From Curvularia clavata (taxonomy: Eukaryota): a stretch of 64,000 nt of DNA. Shown piece by piece: positions 23,926-36,730 of this stretch (positions are counted from its first letter, which is position 1; each line of letters starts with the position of its first letter). The stretch covers positions 5,146,001-5,210,000 of the forward strand of contig CP089274.1 in the NCBI GenBank assembly GCA_023920165.1, read 5' to 3'. Below the pieces are notes generated by a model, which saw only the letters and a list, made by a program, of their open reading frames with translations, did not search any database and had not been told where the DNA came from. The position numbers and the translations under genes were made by a program.

Positions 23926-26403
23926 TTATCGACTCTGGCCGAGGTTCAGCCATGACATGTCAGATTGCTCCTTTTTTCCGTCGTTCAGGTGTGGTGCGGG
24001 ACCAGGGAACATGGTAACTGTGCTGTCGTGTCCAACTCGCGGCGGTGCGTAGAACGAGTTGAACTTGGGACTTGGCAATGCTGCATCGTTTTGTCCCTGG
24101 GCAGGACCAGAGCCACCTGGGAAGAGCGTCGCGACACTCTCACGCTCATGTGAAAAGTCACCAAGACGTGGTGGGGTGGGGTACATGGAGCTGAACTTGG
24201 ACGGAGGCATCTGATCCGTCGGTACAGGAGGCGCGCCGCCAGATGGAAACATGGTCACTGTGCTGTCGCGCAGATCAGGGATGACCGGGGTGGCTCCTTG
24301 TCCAGGGTAGAAAGAGCTGAAGTTGCTCTTGGGATAGAAAGAGTCAGTACCGTCCGGGTAGTATGAACTGGTGCCGTCAAATTTTCCATGGTCAATAGCC
24401 ATACTGCCCGTGTATTGACTGCTGGTTCGTCGGTCATTGCCCACTGGGGTCCAACTGTCTACGGGCTGGCGAGTGTGATGATCGCCATCATGGCTGAAAG
24501 CGGACACTGAGCTGGCGTTCGAGTTAGCACGGGCAAGTTCTGCTTGCATGGGCTGAACTTGGTGTGGCAGGAAGGAGTTGGGTGTGCCGAGCGTAGGACT
24601 TCCACTAGCGACACTGCTCAGCCGTTGCCCATCGCTGAACTTGGGTATCTCCAGCGGCGCAATGTGTTGTGATGGACGTGAGCTGTACATGTGGTGGGAG
24701 TTGGTGTACTGTGACTGGCTAATGGTACTTGTCCTGTCTGACGCAAAGGTGGACCGGTCAGCAGGAGGAGCACTGGCGAGATTGGTAGCCTCGTTGTTTG
24801 CAAAATAACGACTCCAGCCCGAGCTGCGAGCTCTTGGTTCAGTCTTGGGTACCCGGCTCGAGTTTTGACGAACAATGGGCTCGACAGGCTCCGGCTTCAA
24901 GTCAAACTTGGCCAGCTCGTAGGGCTCCGAATATTGCTCGGAATAACCTAGAGGGCTGGTCTTCTTGACAAGGCCTGCTGTGCTGGCATCGCTTGCCATA
25001 TTCTTCTTGTGGCCAGTGCCTCGTCCTTGGATGATGGCAAGCGATGTGGTGGATTCATTGTACTTGGGCTGGTAACTCGCGACAGATCCCCCAGCTTCCT
25101 TCATGAAAGCTGCGCCCCGGTCGGCAAAACTCATGCGGTCGTTCTTCTCCGCCTGAGCATTGCTCTTACTCTTATTCTTCCTGTACTTGAGACAGACTAA
25201 AATCAAGATGAGTAGCACTGCAATACCAAAAATGGTTCCGAGTGTGGCTCCGAGTACGGTTAACATGCGTCCCTTGTTGCTGGGAGGCCCCACGGGTGAC
25301 GCGGCAACTCCTGTACTGGTGGGGCTGCTCGTGGCAGGCGCGGAAACGGATGACGTTGCTGTTGCTGATATGGTCGAGGACGAAACAGAGTTCACAAGCA
25401 CCTGTTGTCCACTAAACACCGCTGTCGCATTCATCCAAGAATTCTTCTGGTCATCGAACAGGGCGATAGGTTCTTGGTCGTTACCTCCAGTTGCGACAGT
25501 AGTGCCATCGGTCCCTTGCGCCAATGAGTAACCTGATCGTGGTACTGTCGGCGCGAATGTTTCGTTATACGGCGACCAAGAGTTCAAGGTTGCGCGTTTT
25601 GACTTGCCCCCGGCTTTGCCACCAACGCGTGTTCCCGGGGCTGCGGGTGATCCGTCCTTATTCAATAGTAGGATTCGCTCCACGGTGTTTGGGGTGGCAC
25701 TCATGTCGAACTTCTGCAGAGCGATGCCTCCGTCCTTGTTGGAGATTATCGAACACTGGACGGCGTCCTGGTTGGTGATGGGTTGCTGCAGAGCAACGTT
25801 GAGGTTCCTCCATCCCTCCGCTTCCGTAAATTTCCAGACGGCCGTGTTTGATGCACCTCCACCCACGAGGAAAGCGGTGTTTGAGTTCACATCCATCAGC
25901 ATGGGCTTCACAGAGGGCGGTGCACCAGCCGATGGCAAGCCCGAAACAGCGTAAGGTGCAACAGTAGACATCAAGAAGGTCTCAGATGATGGACTGGCGC
26001 CGTCCGACTGTGATCCAGAGTAGACGAGGATATTCTGTGAGTCCTGAAGGTAGGCAGCGCCGTGGTTGACCCGGTTCTGCGTGTTCCAGCTTTCTGACCG
26101 TTGCCAGTCCCATTTCTTCTTCGAGAATGTGTAGTGCATCAAGCCAGGATAGTTCCAGTTGGAAGCTGTCTCGTTAACTCTTCCTCCAACAATAAATAGC
26201 TTTGCGTCTTGCGTGTTGCCCTTGGGTACTGCCTTGACACATACTCCTCCTGTCAGCGATACGTCCATGGGCAGCGCCTGCCATTTAGCCCCCTCTTCAA
26301 GTTTCAGCGATTGGAATCCGGCCGGCGAGTATACATAAAGCGTGCCTTCGTAAATGACTGAGCAGTGCTCCTTGAGCGGGTATATGGGTTTCGGGAGAGC
26401 CAT
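23926..26403 (-). CDS. Single-pass membrane protein with kelch/galactose-oxidase-like beta-propeller ectodomain
   Basis: Long intronless ORF: HCSVIYEGTLYVY and propeller-like repeats, S/T stalk, TM helix VLGATLGTIFGIAVLLILILV followed by KYRKNK, long disordered cytoplasmic tail. Confidence 0.8.
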   Translation of the reverse strand: MALPKPIYPLKEHCSVIYEGTLYVYSPAGFQSLKLEEGAKWQALPMDVSLTGGVCVKAVPKGNTQDAKLFIVGGRVNETASNWNYPGLMHYTFSKKKWDWQRSESWNTQNRVNHGAAYLQDSQNILVYSGSQSDGASPSSETFLMSTVAPYAVSGLPSAGAPPSVKPMLMDVNSNTAFLVGGGASNTAVWKFTEAEGWRNLNVALQQPITNQDAVQCSIISNKDGGIALQKFDMSATPNTVERILLLNKDGSPAAPGTRVGGKAGGKSKRATLNSWSPYNETFAPTVPRSGYSLAQGTDGTTVATGGNDQEPIALFDDQKNSWMNATAVFSGQQVLVNSVSSSTISATATSSVSAPATSSPTSTGVAASPVGPPSNKGRMLTVLGATLGTIFGIAVLLILILVCLKYRKNKSKSNAQAEKNDRMSFADRGAAFMKEAGGSVASYQPKYNESTTSLAIIQGRGTGHKKNMASDASTAGLVKKTSPLGYSEQYSEPYELAKFDLKPEPVEPIVRQNSSRVPKTEPRARSSGWSRYFANNEATNLASAPPADRSTFASDRTSTISQSQYTNSHHMYSSRPSQHIAPLEIPKFSDGQRLSSVASGSPTLGTPNSFLPHQVQPMQAELARANSNASSVSAFSHDGDHHTRQPVDSWTPVGNDRRTSSQYTGSMAIDHGKFDGTSSYYPDGTDSFYPKSNFSSFYPGQGATPVIPDLRDSTVTMFPSGGAPPVPTDQMPPSKFSSMYPTPPRLGDFSHERESVATLFPGGSGPAQGQNDAALPSPKFNSFYAPPRVGHDSTVTMFPGPAPHLNDGKKEQSDMSWLNLGQSR

Positions 26404-29400
26404 GACGGTATAGATCCAAGGCAGGGTGAGATGAAAGCGAACGGAACGAGAGTTTAGTGTCGACTCGGGACGGGAAAAGCAATAAACAACCAATTATGTT
26501 TCTACCCAACTGCTCATAGCGATGTGTGAGGGTCAATGTTGATCAGGCGTCGAGCAAGGACCAGGGTCTTGATGCGATACGGGCGACACGACGTGTTGGA
26601 CGGTCGTGGCGATAGAGTGTTTATCTTGCGTCGAGAATCGCAATGACAATCGTCTGCAGGGAAGACGGTGTCAGTATGGTTCAGTAGAGAGTGCGGCCTC
26701 GGGGCTTGTACTCGGATCTGCGGCAAAAAAGCAGTGACTGGGAGCGAGCGCAAACTGAACGTGTGTTCCTAGGAGCAACGGATTGCTACGACCGATACTC
26801 AGAGAGCGACGGGACAACCCTCTCTCAAAGAGGCGTGGGCGTGGGCGGAAAGGTAGGGCGAAATGAGAGGCAGCACAGCGCAGCGGCGTGTGAGAATAGA
26901 GCGAGAGGGGCTGAGAGAGAGAGGGAGAGGCAGGCTAGCAGACCGTCCGGGTGAGGCTGTACAAGCACGCGGCAGCTGAAGCTGGAGAGAAAGGCAGGTG
27001 AGCCTGAGCCTAAGCTGAGCGAGGGGAGAGGGCCAACCGACCGCTGCAAAGGGTCGGTCCACGCTCACAGTTGTGCAAGGGCATGATTCGAGGTGGGCCT
27101 GAGCATGATGCCAAAGGGCCTGAGCGGCGACGGCACGAGCGAGAGCAGGCCTTGCACAGCAGCCCGGTCAGGGGCAAATGGTGCGACGGGCCAATCAGGC
27201 CCGCCTGCCAACATCGTTATTCGCCAGTGCCCCTGGCCTTAACCAAGTATATTTAGCGTTTCTTTTGGCCAAGCCGCATGCCTGCAGCGAGGAAACAGTC
27301 CAGCGTCGGAGCCTGTGCAGGGCCTCTGCTTTTGTCGGCCCTGCAGCAGAACTCTGGGCCATACCATGAGTGCGATGCGAGGCCGGCTGCTGTGCGGGGT
27401 TGCCGGTAAGAAAGTCCCTTGGAGCTATACAAAGTCGATCGTAAGCCCCGAGAGCCATAACTCTAAAGTAGGCGTCGACGGCCAGCAGTGGAGAGAGCAG
27501 ATTGGCGTCGCTGTGGTGATGTGCACTCGCTGCTCTGTTCATCACATCACGTTGTGACCCCACGGGAGGGACAAGGACTCTCATCATTTCCGCACCCTCG
27601 AACCACGGCCACGAATCAAACGGACCCGCGTGCACTTGCTTCTTCCTGTGTGAACAAAAAGCGTCGACCACCTTGCCCGACCGTTCTCATCCGCTTGTGT
27701 TTCCTGGAAAAGACAGGCCGGTGGCAAAGCTCGTGTCCAGGTGTACCGCATGCCTAAAGATACACATGGTCGTATATGCACATTGGCCCCTATCGATAGT
27801 TCGTGTCCGGGCGGGCGAGGGGTGCTATCTCTGGCGGAGACGTCCTCACGGACGGCCGGGCAGGGCATATCTTTGTGCTGCTCGTCCCGTGTGGCTGTGG
27901 GGGGAGGAGAGGGTTTGCGCACGGCGAAGCGCGGTTCTTCGGCAGCCAAGCTCTGCCGTCACACGCTCCGAGCACACGTGCCGGCACAAGTGCGACGGCG
28001 GTTCGCCATTGTCAATGTGATGGCGTGGGCCATGGGAAAACAATAAAAAAGGCGCGCGCTCCAGCAGGCGGCTTGATGTTTCCGCAGTGTGGTGACAGGT
28101 GGAGCTACCCAAACTCGCTCTCGTTGACGTCTGAAACGCATCCCTCGGCGCTCCCTCTCATTGGCGTGTGCATGACTCAGCCGCTAGCCACGCGCTCCAC
28201 GACACACGAATGCACTAGCCGTGGCCTTCACAACACCATCCACCGTCGCCCATGAGGTCATGGCATCGTGGGCTGCTACTCGCGAAGCGCCCTACACGTT
28301 TGCGCCATACAGACTTTGGGTCATGGCTACATTGGTCGCACACCACCATCTTCGCATTCGCCAAATCGTCGGTACACTACCCCCCGCAAACATCGTCCCA
28401 ATCCGGTTCGCTCCCAATGAGCCGTGTGGCCGGCTGCCCTCCCAAGCCTTGCGGTTGGCCCGTCATCAATCTCCTACCACCCAGAGACGATATTCCTTTG
28501 GGCTTCTCATCCGTCGGTTAAACACGTTCTGGGCAGCTAGCGACGCAGCAGGCAATCCTCCTGAACTATGGCGAGCAGGAGCTGAGTCAGATTGATTGCG
28601 TCCACTTCAGCGCCCATCGCCAACGTTCCACTGACCGCAGCCTTCTAGAACACCAGAAAGTCTGGACGCTGAGTATACATAAGACGGGCCATATTTTGTT
28701 TTTCATGCGCCCAGTCTTCGTCATTTGGGTACCCAGGCTCATCTCGGCCCATGTAGTGTTTTGCATTAAACCACGTCCCGCCCCTACCCTTGGCACGTCA
28801 AAGTCGTGGCTGCGCCTGCTAAACTCGCTTTGCTCACTCCGCCTGAAGCCCAAGTGTTTTATCATGCCGTTTTTGGTTCGGAATGAAATAGACGGGACCG
28901 AAAATGGCTTGGTTGACTAACTATCATGCGCTCAAATGAGGCATAATACGAAACCAACGACATATCGGATCTAGACTATCGGCACCCGTGGAAACGCTTA
29001 CGCACGCAGGAACATCAAGGAACATGGTGTTCACAGTTGAACCGCTTTTGTTTTGTGCTGATAACGTTGCTCTGACGGTCAAAAGAAGAGAAATAACGAT
29101 CGTCTTGAGAACTCCTCCAGATCTGCCCAAACGTTATGCTTTTCAGCCGCAACTCCCCGTATATTTCATGCAAAGCGTTTCGATCGCGATCTTGTACCAT
29201 CGTCATTGACGAGAAGCAATTACTGTTCCCCTAGATTCGAGCTGGATTGACCTTGCGCCACTGTTCTCTGTATCTTTTGGCTCTCGTACGTCACTGCTTC
29301 TACGGGTGTTGCTGCTATAGTGTTGTTCCACTTGCGTCCGGTGCTCGTTAGGGCATTCAAGACACCCGTAACTGAGACCAATAGCGTCAACACTATCTTC

Positions 29401-31258
29401 GAAACCGAACCATAGTATTCAGCTGCAGGTAATACTGCGTCAGAGGCGGATATGCTACACACGTAGAATATGCTTGTCATCCTCTTGAAACCGCGACACC
29501 CGCACTCCCAAAGTCTGATTTCCTATTCTGACTACATGGGCGAGTAACCCAAGATTATCATAGGTGCACTAGCACAAGTGCTTTTGAACTCAATTCTCTA
29601 GTGCAACGAGGAATTCTTTTGGATGGATACTGAGACAGAGCCCGATGACGCAACAGGACACACGCGCCTGTCACTTACACTGTGATCTTTAGGTCAATCA
29701 CTCACTGGACGTACACAAAGTAACCAGAGCTCAATAGCCAGCGCGATCAAGACCAAAACTACCCAAGTGTATTCAGCTAGCATTCAACCGTTGGCCGAAC
29801 GAGAGGAAAGCATATCATTGGCTTAGAATTATGCTGATGTACTCAAGTAATCAGTCACTGCAACACTAGGCAATTACCAAATTATTGGACAGCTTCGCTC
29901 TCCAAGAATGCCTCTTCCCAACGTATGCTGATGTACACATTCAGAGGACTGGCCTGGCTTCTTCACTTTTCATACTTAAAAAAATCATTCATATTACCAA
30001 CCTCTACATCAAAAATCAATCAACGTGGAAATCTCCAATGAGTTCTCTCGTAACTCTCCACCCACCCTGGTATCATATCTTGAATTCATCAATTCATCCT
30101 CATGACTATAGATACGGCCCTCTTTCTCCCCACATGCTCAATTCCATAATGTTCGCGACACCCTTTTTCCCTTTATGATTCTAGTCGTTATATTTGGTCC
30201 TGCCAAACCAATCTTCAAACACGAGTCCGAAGATGCAGAAATATATTGGTTCAACAGTCTCCACTTTCCCGTATCGTGTCGTTATACCAACGTCTTTTTA
30301 TAGAAGCACCAAACAGAAGCCAAACATAAACCAATGCCAATAGCTTGAAACAATAGTGTATATGTATTTTTCTATCTATCGATTTCTCTCTTGTTGACAA
30401 GACACAAACCCGAATACGTGGCCTGGAGAAGGTGGCGTTGAATGAGATTTTTTTTCTGTTTGCGCAGAGATATATGATAAGACTACTGCAATCTAGGGGA
30501 GTAGCAAGACTCCAATGCTACGCTAGCATGGCGTAGAGTTGATGCAGTGGCGATGGCGAGAGAATAATTCAAGGAGCTAAGCACTTGTTGAGAACACTTG
30601 AGCTGAATACCGCGCAAGCACATACAATAGAATCTGCAATCAACAAAACATGAATATCCAAAATCAAATCAAAGTTTAGGACATCAGTCTTGACAGTCAA
30701 CGGTGCCATGGATCAGCTAATCATGGGCGCTCATCTACCAAGGTGCAGCCGACAACGGTGTCTTAAAAGTCACACCAAGGTCTGATTCATCTCGAGAGAA
30801 TGTGTCTCACCATCAAACCGTCTCCTTCATAGCAAAGCTCGAAGACGGTCTGCAGGCGAGCAATGACTATTGTCACTTTGCATTAATCTTCGCTAGTCGT
30901 ATAGCTCACGGCAACCATTGCATACGGTCGATGAGTAGATATCCTAGCGTGGACGGGAAGAACTTCACGTGCCTAGTCTCACAGTGACGGCTGGAGTAAC
31001 AAATCTCATTCGTTGCCAAACTCCAAATCCATCGTGGTATCATTTCGAACAGAAAACTTCGACGGGGCCGCATGACGGCAAGTCCATTGTTCGAGCTAGA
31101 AGCCGGTATAACGCCCTGCTTTTTCCATGCGCACATCGCATGCCCAGACCGTGAACCCATGATATGCATTTCATCCACTCAAAGGCAGCGAGACAGCTCG
31201 TGTTGATGTCTCTCGAAGCCGTGGTGTGTCGTCAAACAAAGAAACAAAGGCGAGACGC

Positions 31259-31823
31259 TTAAGCCTCCTGCTTCTTCTTCTTCTCCTCGCGACCGGCGCT
31301 CTTGCGCTCCAGGATGGACTCGCGGTCCTTGTCGAGCTTGAGCTTGGTGATGACGACCTTGGAGGGAGCGATGGGGATAGGGACCGATTGGCCGTTGCTC
31401 TTCTCGCGGACGACTGTATGACAACTTAGTACAAAATTTTCAGTTTCGAGGGGCCGAGGGCTACGCACTGCCGTTGACGTGGATGCAGTACTTGAGGCGG
31501 TAGACGGAGGAGACCTTGCCCTCACGGCCCTTGTTGGAGCCGCGGACAACGGTGATCTCGTCCTTGTAAAAGTCAGCACATTACCAACGCTGATATCGAT
31601 TGTGGGGTACTTACGTCCTTGCGGATGGGAATGCTGCGCACTCCGTGCTTCTCGCGGAGCTCCTTACTCAAAGGCGCCTGAAGGTTGTTAGAACATGTCC
31701 ACTGCAATGTTCCAAGTCTCTTCATACGCTCATGATGACCCGACGCACACTACTCGGCGCACTGAAGTGCGCCTTTCGCGATTTGCGGCGAGAGCTCGCG
31801 ACCATTGACTGGACCTTGGTCAT
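31259..31823 (-). CDS. RPL26: 60S ribosomal protein L26 (uL24); exons 31823-31728, 31677-31615, 31562-31469, 31413-31259
   Basis: Spliced product [61 protein letters not shown]...[15 protein letters not shown]. Confidence 0.97.
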
Positions 31824-32245
31824 TTTTGCTGTGGATGGGCGGGTTGTCGGGTTAGTAGACAAAGTTCGTGATCGCGCTCTCAAAATTGGAGGGAGAGAAT
31901 GTGCAGAGGCCTAACCTGCTTCGCTTCGTTAGCGCCGGAGACGAGGTTTCTCCGACGGCCAGCAACCCCGGCTTCTGCAAGTCGGCAACGCGTGCCTGGG
32001 CATCAGCCACATGTCCGTGCCGCCACTATCCACACGCGTCGCACTCGACGTGCCCTCTAACCAGGCGCACATACTGGGCTTAAAGCGCAGTGCACGGCGG
32101 TCAGCTCTTGCGCAGCCGCTCTGCTTGCCTAACCCAGCCCACAGTTGCAGCATTCGTCTTGCTGCGATTCAGAACCCTCGACCTTACCCTTGCCCTCACC
32201 CGGACAGGGCTCTACCAGCGTCTCCGTCGCCCACCTGGAATCGCA

Positions 32246-35200
32246 ATGTCGGCGAATGCCTACAACCAATACAACCAGCCTTACCAGCAATCCTCCGCCC
32301 AACAGTATGCATCGTATCAAACCGCTTCCGCTTCCGACAACGGCGCCCAGTCCTCCCGCCAATACCAACTACCACCGACCCAAAGTCACGATTACAGATC
32401 CTACACATCGCAGTCATACACACATCGGGGCAACGGATACACAACTTCTCAGGACACCACGTGGAATCAAGGGAGCTATGGTGGAGCGCGTGAAACAACA
32501 AACCAGGCAGCCAAGGTTCTACACGACATGAGCAACCCCTCGTATACAACGAGCATCGCAGCTACGCCGGCCTTCACCTCGCATAGTGCCACGTCCTCAC
32601 ATCCCAGTCGCTATGCGACCGCCAGTCCACTAGCGGGAAACAGCCGTCCTGTTCATGAACAATCTCAAGCACAAAATGCCAACATTGACCGCGCGAAGCT
32701 AGAAATTCATGCTCTACCATCTCCAACCGCGGTCCCAGACAATCTTTCGCATGCGACAAAGCCGATGTACAACCAGCAACCACAGCGCGTCGCTAGCCCT
32801 GCCCAACCTCAGTACAACACTACCACAGTCAGCAATGCGCACGGCGCAACGTCGATTACGGAAAATCAATACGGTAGGCACAGCAGCCAGCAGCTTACTA
32901 GCGCCGAGACTTCCCGACCCTCCACTACACCGTCGAGCACGTACAATTACGGGACCGAGCTAATGCGTCCAGCGGCAGTTGCGCCTCCTGTGACAGATGA
33001 TACATACTATACACAGACAACCACCACTGTAGACCCAATGGCAGTATACGACCCTTGGCCGGAATACCAACGAAAACAGGCTGCGCAAAAAGCGGCTGAG
33101 GATGCGGCACATGCAGAAAGAGAGAGGATTGGAGCGGAGGAGCGTAAAGCAGAAGAACAGAAGAAAGCGGGTGAGCGAAAAAGGCAGGAAGAGATGGACA
33201 GGTTACGACAATCCCAATCAAGTTCCACACTAGAGACAGGCCAAGTAGAACAGCGACCAAGCGGGACCGGCGCCGCTTCAGCACTTTCAGTCAGCGACGG
33301 TGGTTCTGGTGATGCACTAGAGGTCGAGATACGTGCAATGATGGCGAAAATGCGTGAACTCAATAACAAAGATCCGGCTCTGTTAGCACGCATCTGGGAG
33401 GAAGAACGGAAAGCCAAAGCTCCAAGACCATCGATACAAACCAAACCTCCACCTCAAGCCGCCATAGCACGGCCCACACAACCAGCACATGCTAGCAGGC
33501 CACCACCCGCAATTTCGAGGGAGAGCACTACGCCTAGAGAAGTGACGAATGCACATGTATCCAAGCCGGCAACTCCTGCCACCGCTCATGCCGTACCAGT
33601 CAGGCAAGCCCAGATACCAGCCAATCGACCCCCTGGCACCACCATCTGGCCTCAGCAGAAGAGGGCAGAACTAGCAAAGGCAGCCGCACAATATCTCAAT
33701 AGCCAGGAATGCCTTCACAAAGTTACGCCTGGTCGCATTCTGAGCCTGCTTAACGAGAATCCTTCATATATCCAACTGTGCGAGCAGCTTGAGCAGATGA
33801 ATTTGAAGCTAGATCGTGCGGCCTTTGCTAAAAGTTTGCTCACAGCTGTACCCGATGTGAACTCAAGATCCAATCAATCTCCGCCTCTGACTGCTCCAGC
33901 TCCTGTGCAAAGACCACCCATCCCGCCTGCTGTAATGAAGAAGGAAGTTTCAAACTCTGTTGCACCTACCCCACAATATACGCCTGCTGCAGGCCCTCCA
34001 ACCAGTAGAGTTTCTTACTCGCCGTATCCAGAGAATGCTTCGCCCGCAGGCCCCCCAGCACCTGCACCAGTCGCCGAGATGATGCCCATTAAACCTGAGC
34101 TCAGGAGGCCTGCTAACAAAGAAGAAGCTGCCCGAAAGCGCAACTTGAGTGAGCTCGTTGACCTCACGCAGTTATCAGATGAGGATGCGGGCCCGCCATT
34201 CAAAAAGCTCGACACAGGCTTCAAGAATAAACTTGGACCTCCACCTCTCGATTCCCAGGGCGCAATGGATGGCAATGAGCAGCTGTCGACTCCAAACTTC
34301 CCTGTGGCTAACGGTCCTATGCAACCACCACAATCTTTGGCAATGCGACCACCGGTGCCCAGTGAACTTAGAAATACCACTTATGTTCACCCAATAGAGC
34401 GAAACAAAGCACTACGTCGCAATAACTACAACCCTGCAACAATTGCACGCGATGTTCTTCTCGCCTGTGGAAGACATCCATCTCAACGCAGCCTCAATGC
34501 ACATTTGGATGCACTGAGAACAACTTTATCGCAGATAACCTTTGATTCGGACCTCAGCACCATCCGTTGGGATCTAATTGATCCAGGCAACCCCCCTCCG
34601 GACTACTTCAAAGACAAAGTTGAAGATCTTGCCCAAGATGCAGACGACGAGGATGATTCAGATGATGAAGAGAGGCCGCATCCCCGCTCTCCGTCCAATG
34701 TGATTGGCGGCCAAGGTGCGGCTCAAGCAAAGGTCCAAGCTTTACCTGAAGCTGTCAATCCATTTGTCAAACAGAAGCGACGTGGTAGACCTCCGCGAAA
34801 CTCCTTATCTAACAACGTGGAACGACCGAAAAGCCCTGCTCCCATGAGTTCCAGTGCTAAACCCAGTCCAGGGGCTGCCGGAGTGGGCTATTCGGCTTTC
34901 CGGTCCGCCACCCAGTACGCTCCTGACGGTTCACCGATTCCCAAGAAGAGAGGCCGCCCCGTTGGATGGAGGAAGGCTACTCATGGATCTGCTGCTACGC
35001 AGGCTCCACGGAATTTGAGCAAAGCGACAGAAACCACAAAAATGGATCAACCGCCGCAACCAAGTTCCTTGTCCAATGCGCATACAGGTGATTCGGTAAT
35101 TCGGATCGATTCAAGGTCACCGAGTGTCGCAAACCGGGTTTTTCCATCGTACAAGTGCAGGTGGCTAAACTGCAAAGCTGACTTACACAATCTGGACACC

Positions 35201-35779
35201 CTGAAGAAACATGTATTCAAAGTGCACCGCAAAGAAGCACGCGGGAATATGTTGGACTGCCTGTGGGGTGATTGCGGCAAAGAGTCTCAACCGCCTTCTT
35301 TCGATCTGGAGAGCGACTGGCGCCGCCATATACACCAGACACACTTTGATCCGCTGTCATGGGAGCTTGGCGATGGACCGGCCAGTGGTCTCTCTGGTAA
35401 GGAAGATAATCGAATAAAGGCTGAAATTGACATTTTAGAAAGAAAGGATCTAACAGTATGAAATCTAGACTCCCGTGAATCTGATGCTTATTTAAGCGAC
35501 GCTCAAGGTCGACAAGTTACTCCACGTATTACAGTCGACCCTGAGCGGGTGCGGGCACTGAGCACGCGTCCACCAGACATTATATCACGAGGTCGCGGAC
35601 GACCTCCGAAACGTACATTAGAGCAAGACGCTCGTGATGCACATGATAGACTCATGTCACTGAAGAGCCGTATCGGAGGACCAGGCATGGATCGTGGAGG
35701 CGCAACGCTTGTCAGTGACAAACGCCGAAGAGGTCTTATCGACGAGATAGAAGAGGAGATCGTCAATATGGAGGACTGA
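32246..35779 (+). CDS. Large nuclear protein with AT-hooks and C2H2 zinc fingers; intron 35397-35468
   Basis: AT-hooks KRRGRPPR, KKRGRPVG, RGRGRPPK; fingers CRWLNC...HVFKVH and CLWGDC...HIHQTH; conserved-looking YNPATIARDVLLACGRHP block. Confidence 0.8.
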
Positions 35780-36120
35780 ATGGTTCAACAGTGCTTTGCA
35801 TGGTTTATTCAATATTGTTCTTTTGCAGCTCCTTTTCTAAGAGTACGCGTATACCCATTACAAGAATTCGGCTGATTTGGATTGGTTTTGGAAAATAGAA
35901 ATCAGAGACAATCGAGAGCCGTTGCAAGCTCTGTGACAGCCCAATGCAACAAGCATTGCGGCCATGACAGCTGCTTGACAGCTTAAAAGCTTATAACCGT
36001 GTACACCTGAACTCCGTGGCTTTGGTCGATATGCTCCCCTTGTGTAAAAATGGTATCATCTCTGAATCGCCCAACTTGTACACTGCCATCATTGATACAA
36101 TTCGGTGTATCCTGCATTCC

Positions 36121-36273
36121 TCACGCCTTGGCTTTGGCGGCCGCAACCCGTGGCTTCTCCTCAGTCTTATGGTCCTCCGAATTTACTTCGAGGAAATGGT
36201 ATAAGACGATGAGCAGCATCGCAGCGCTTCCGAGGAAGATTGCGAGCGAGTAGAGTTGGGAATCGGTAATCAT
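36121..36273 (-). CDS. OST4: Oligosaccharyltransferase subunit Ost4 (50 aa)
   Basis: MITDSQLYSLAIFLGSAAMLLIVLYHFLEVN matches the Ost4 mini-membrane-protein signature. Confidence 0.93.
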   Translation of the reverse strand: MITDSQLYSLAIFLGSAAMLLIVLYHFLEVNSEDHKTEEKPRVAAAKAKA

Positions 36274-36730
36274 CTTGACTGTGTCGGCGCGTGGAGTGGT
36301 AGCTTGACAACTGGTGGAGGAGCTTCGCAACGCGCTGCGGAGTTGTCAGTAACACAGATCAATTACTTCGACCATGCCGAGACATTACAGAAGCTAATTG
36401 CAAGGGAAGGGTTCACAAGCCGGGAATGTCGAGGCGGTATTGGTTTGGTTGCTCAGTGGTTGACGATTGGGGCTCATGTGAAGGCCACCTTGAAGCTTCG
36501 GGAATGTCGGCGAGGCCCATGGCTGGCTCTAGCGCAAGGTCCTCCGCCACTCGAAAATCCACCCCACACAGCGTCATTCTCACTTTGACACACGCACACA
36601 TACAAAGTCCACATCCCATATCAACCATCGGTTGTCACACCAGACCGGACTCATCCGCAAAACTACGCACCCATCTTCCGTCTCACTGATCCCCCCACCG
36701 TCTTTACCAACCAACACAAACTAAGTCAAC

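Noticed and set aside
29220..29480. 86-aa minus-strand ORF with a hydrophobic stretch
   Set aside because: No motif or splice support; likely a chance ORF.
32004..32011. CAGCCACA, Homol-D-like box upstream of RPL26
   Set aside because: Single 8-mer with one mismatch to CAGTCACA; cannot be distinguished from chance here.
32090..32245. GTG-started extension of the AT-hook/C2H2 protein
   Set aside because: Lies in the shared promoter region with RPL26; the AUG at 32246 has adequate context and nothing supports the extension.
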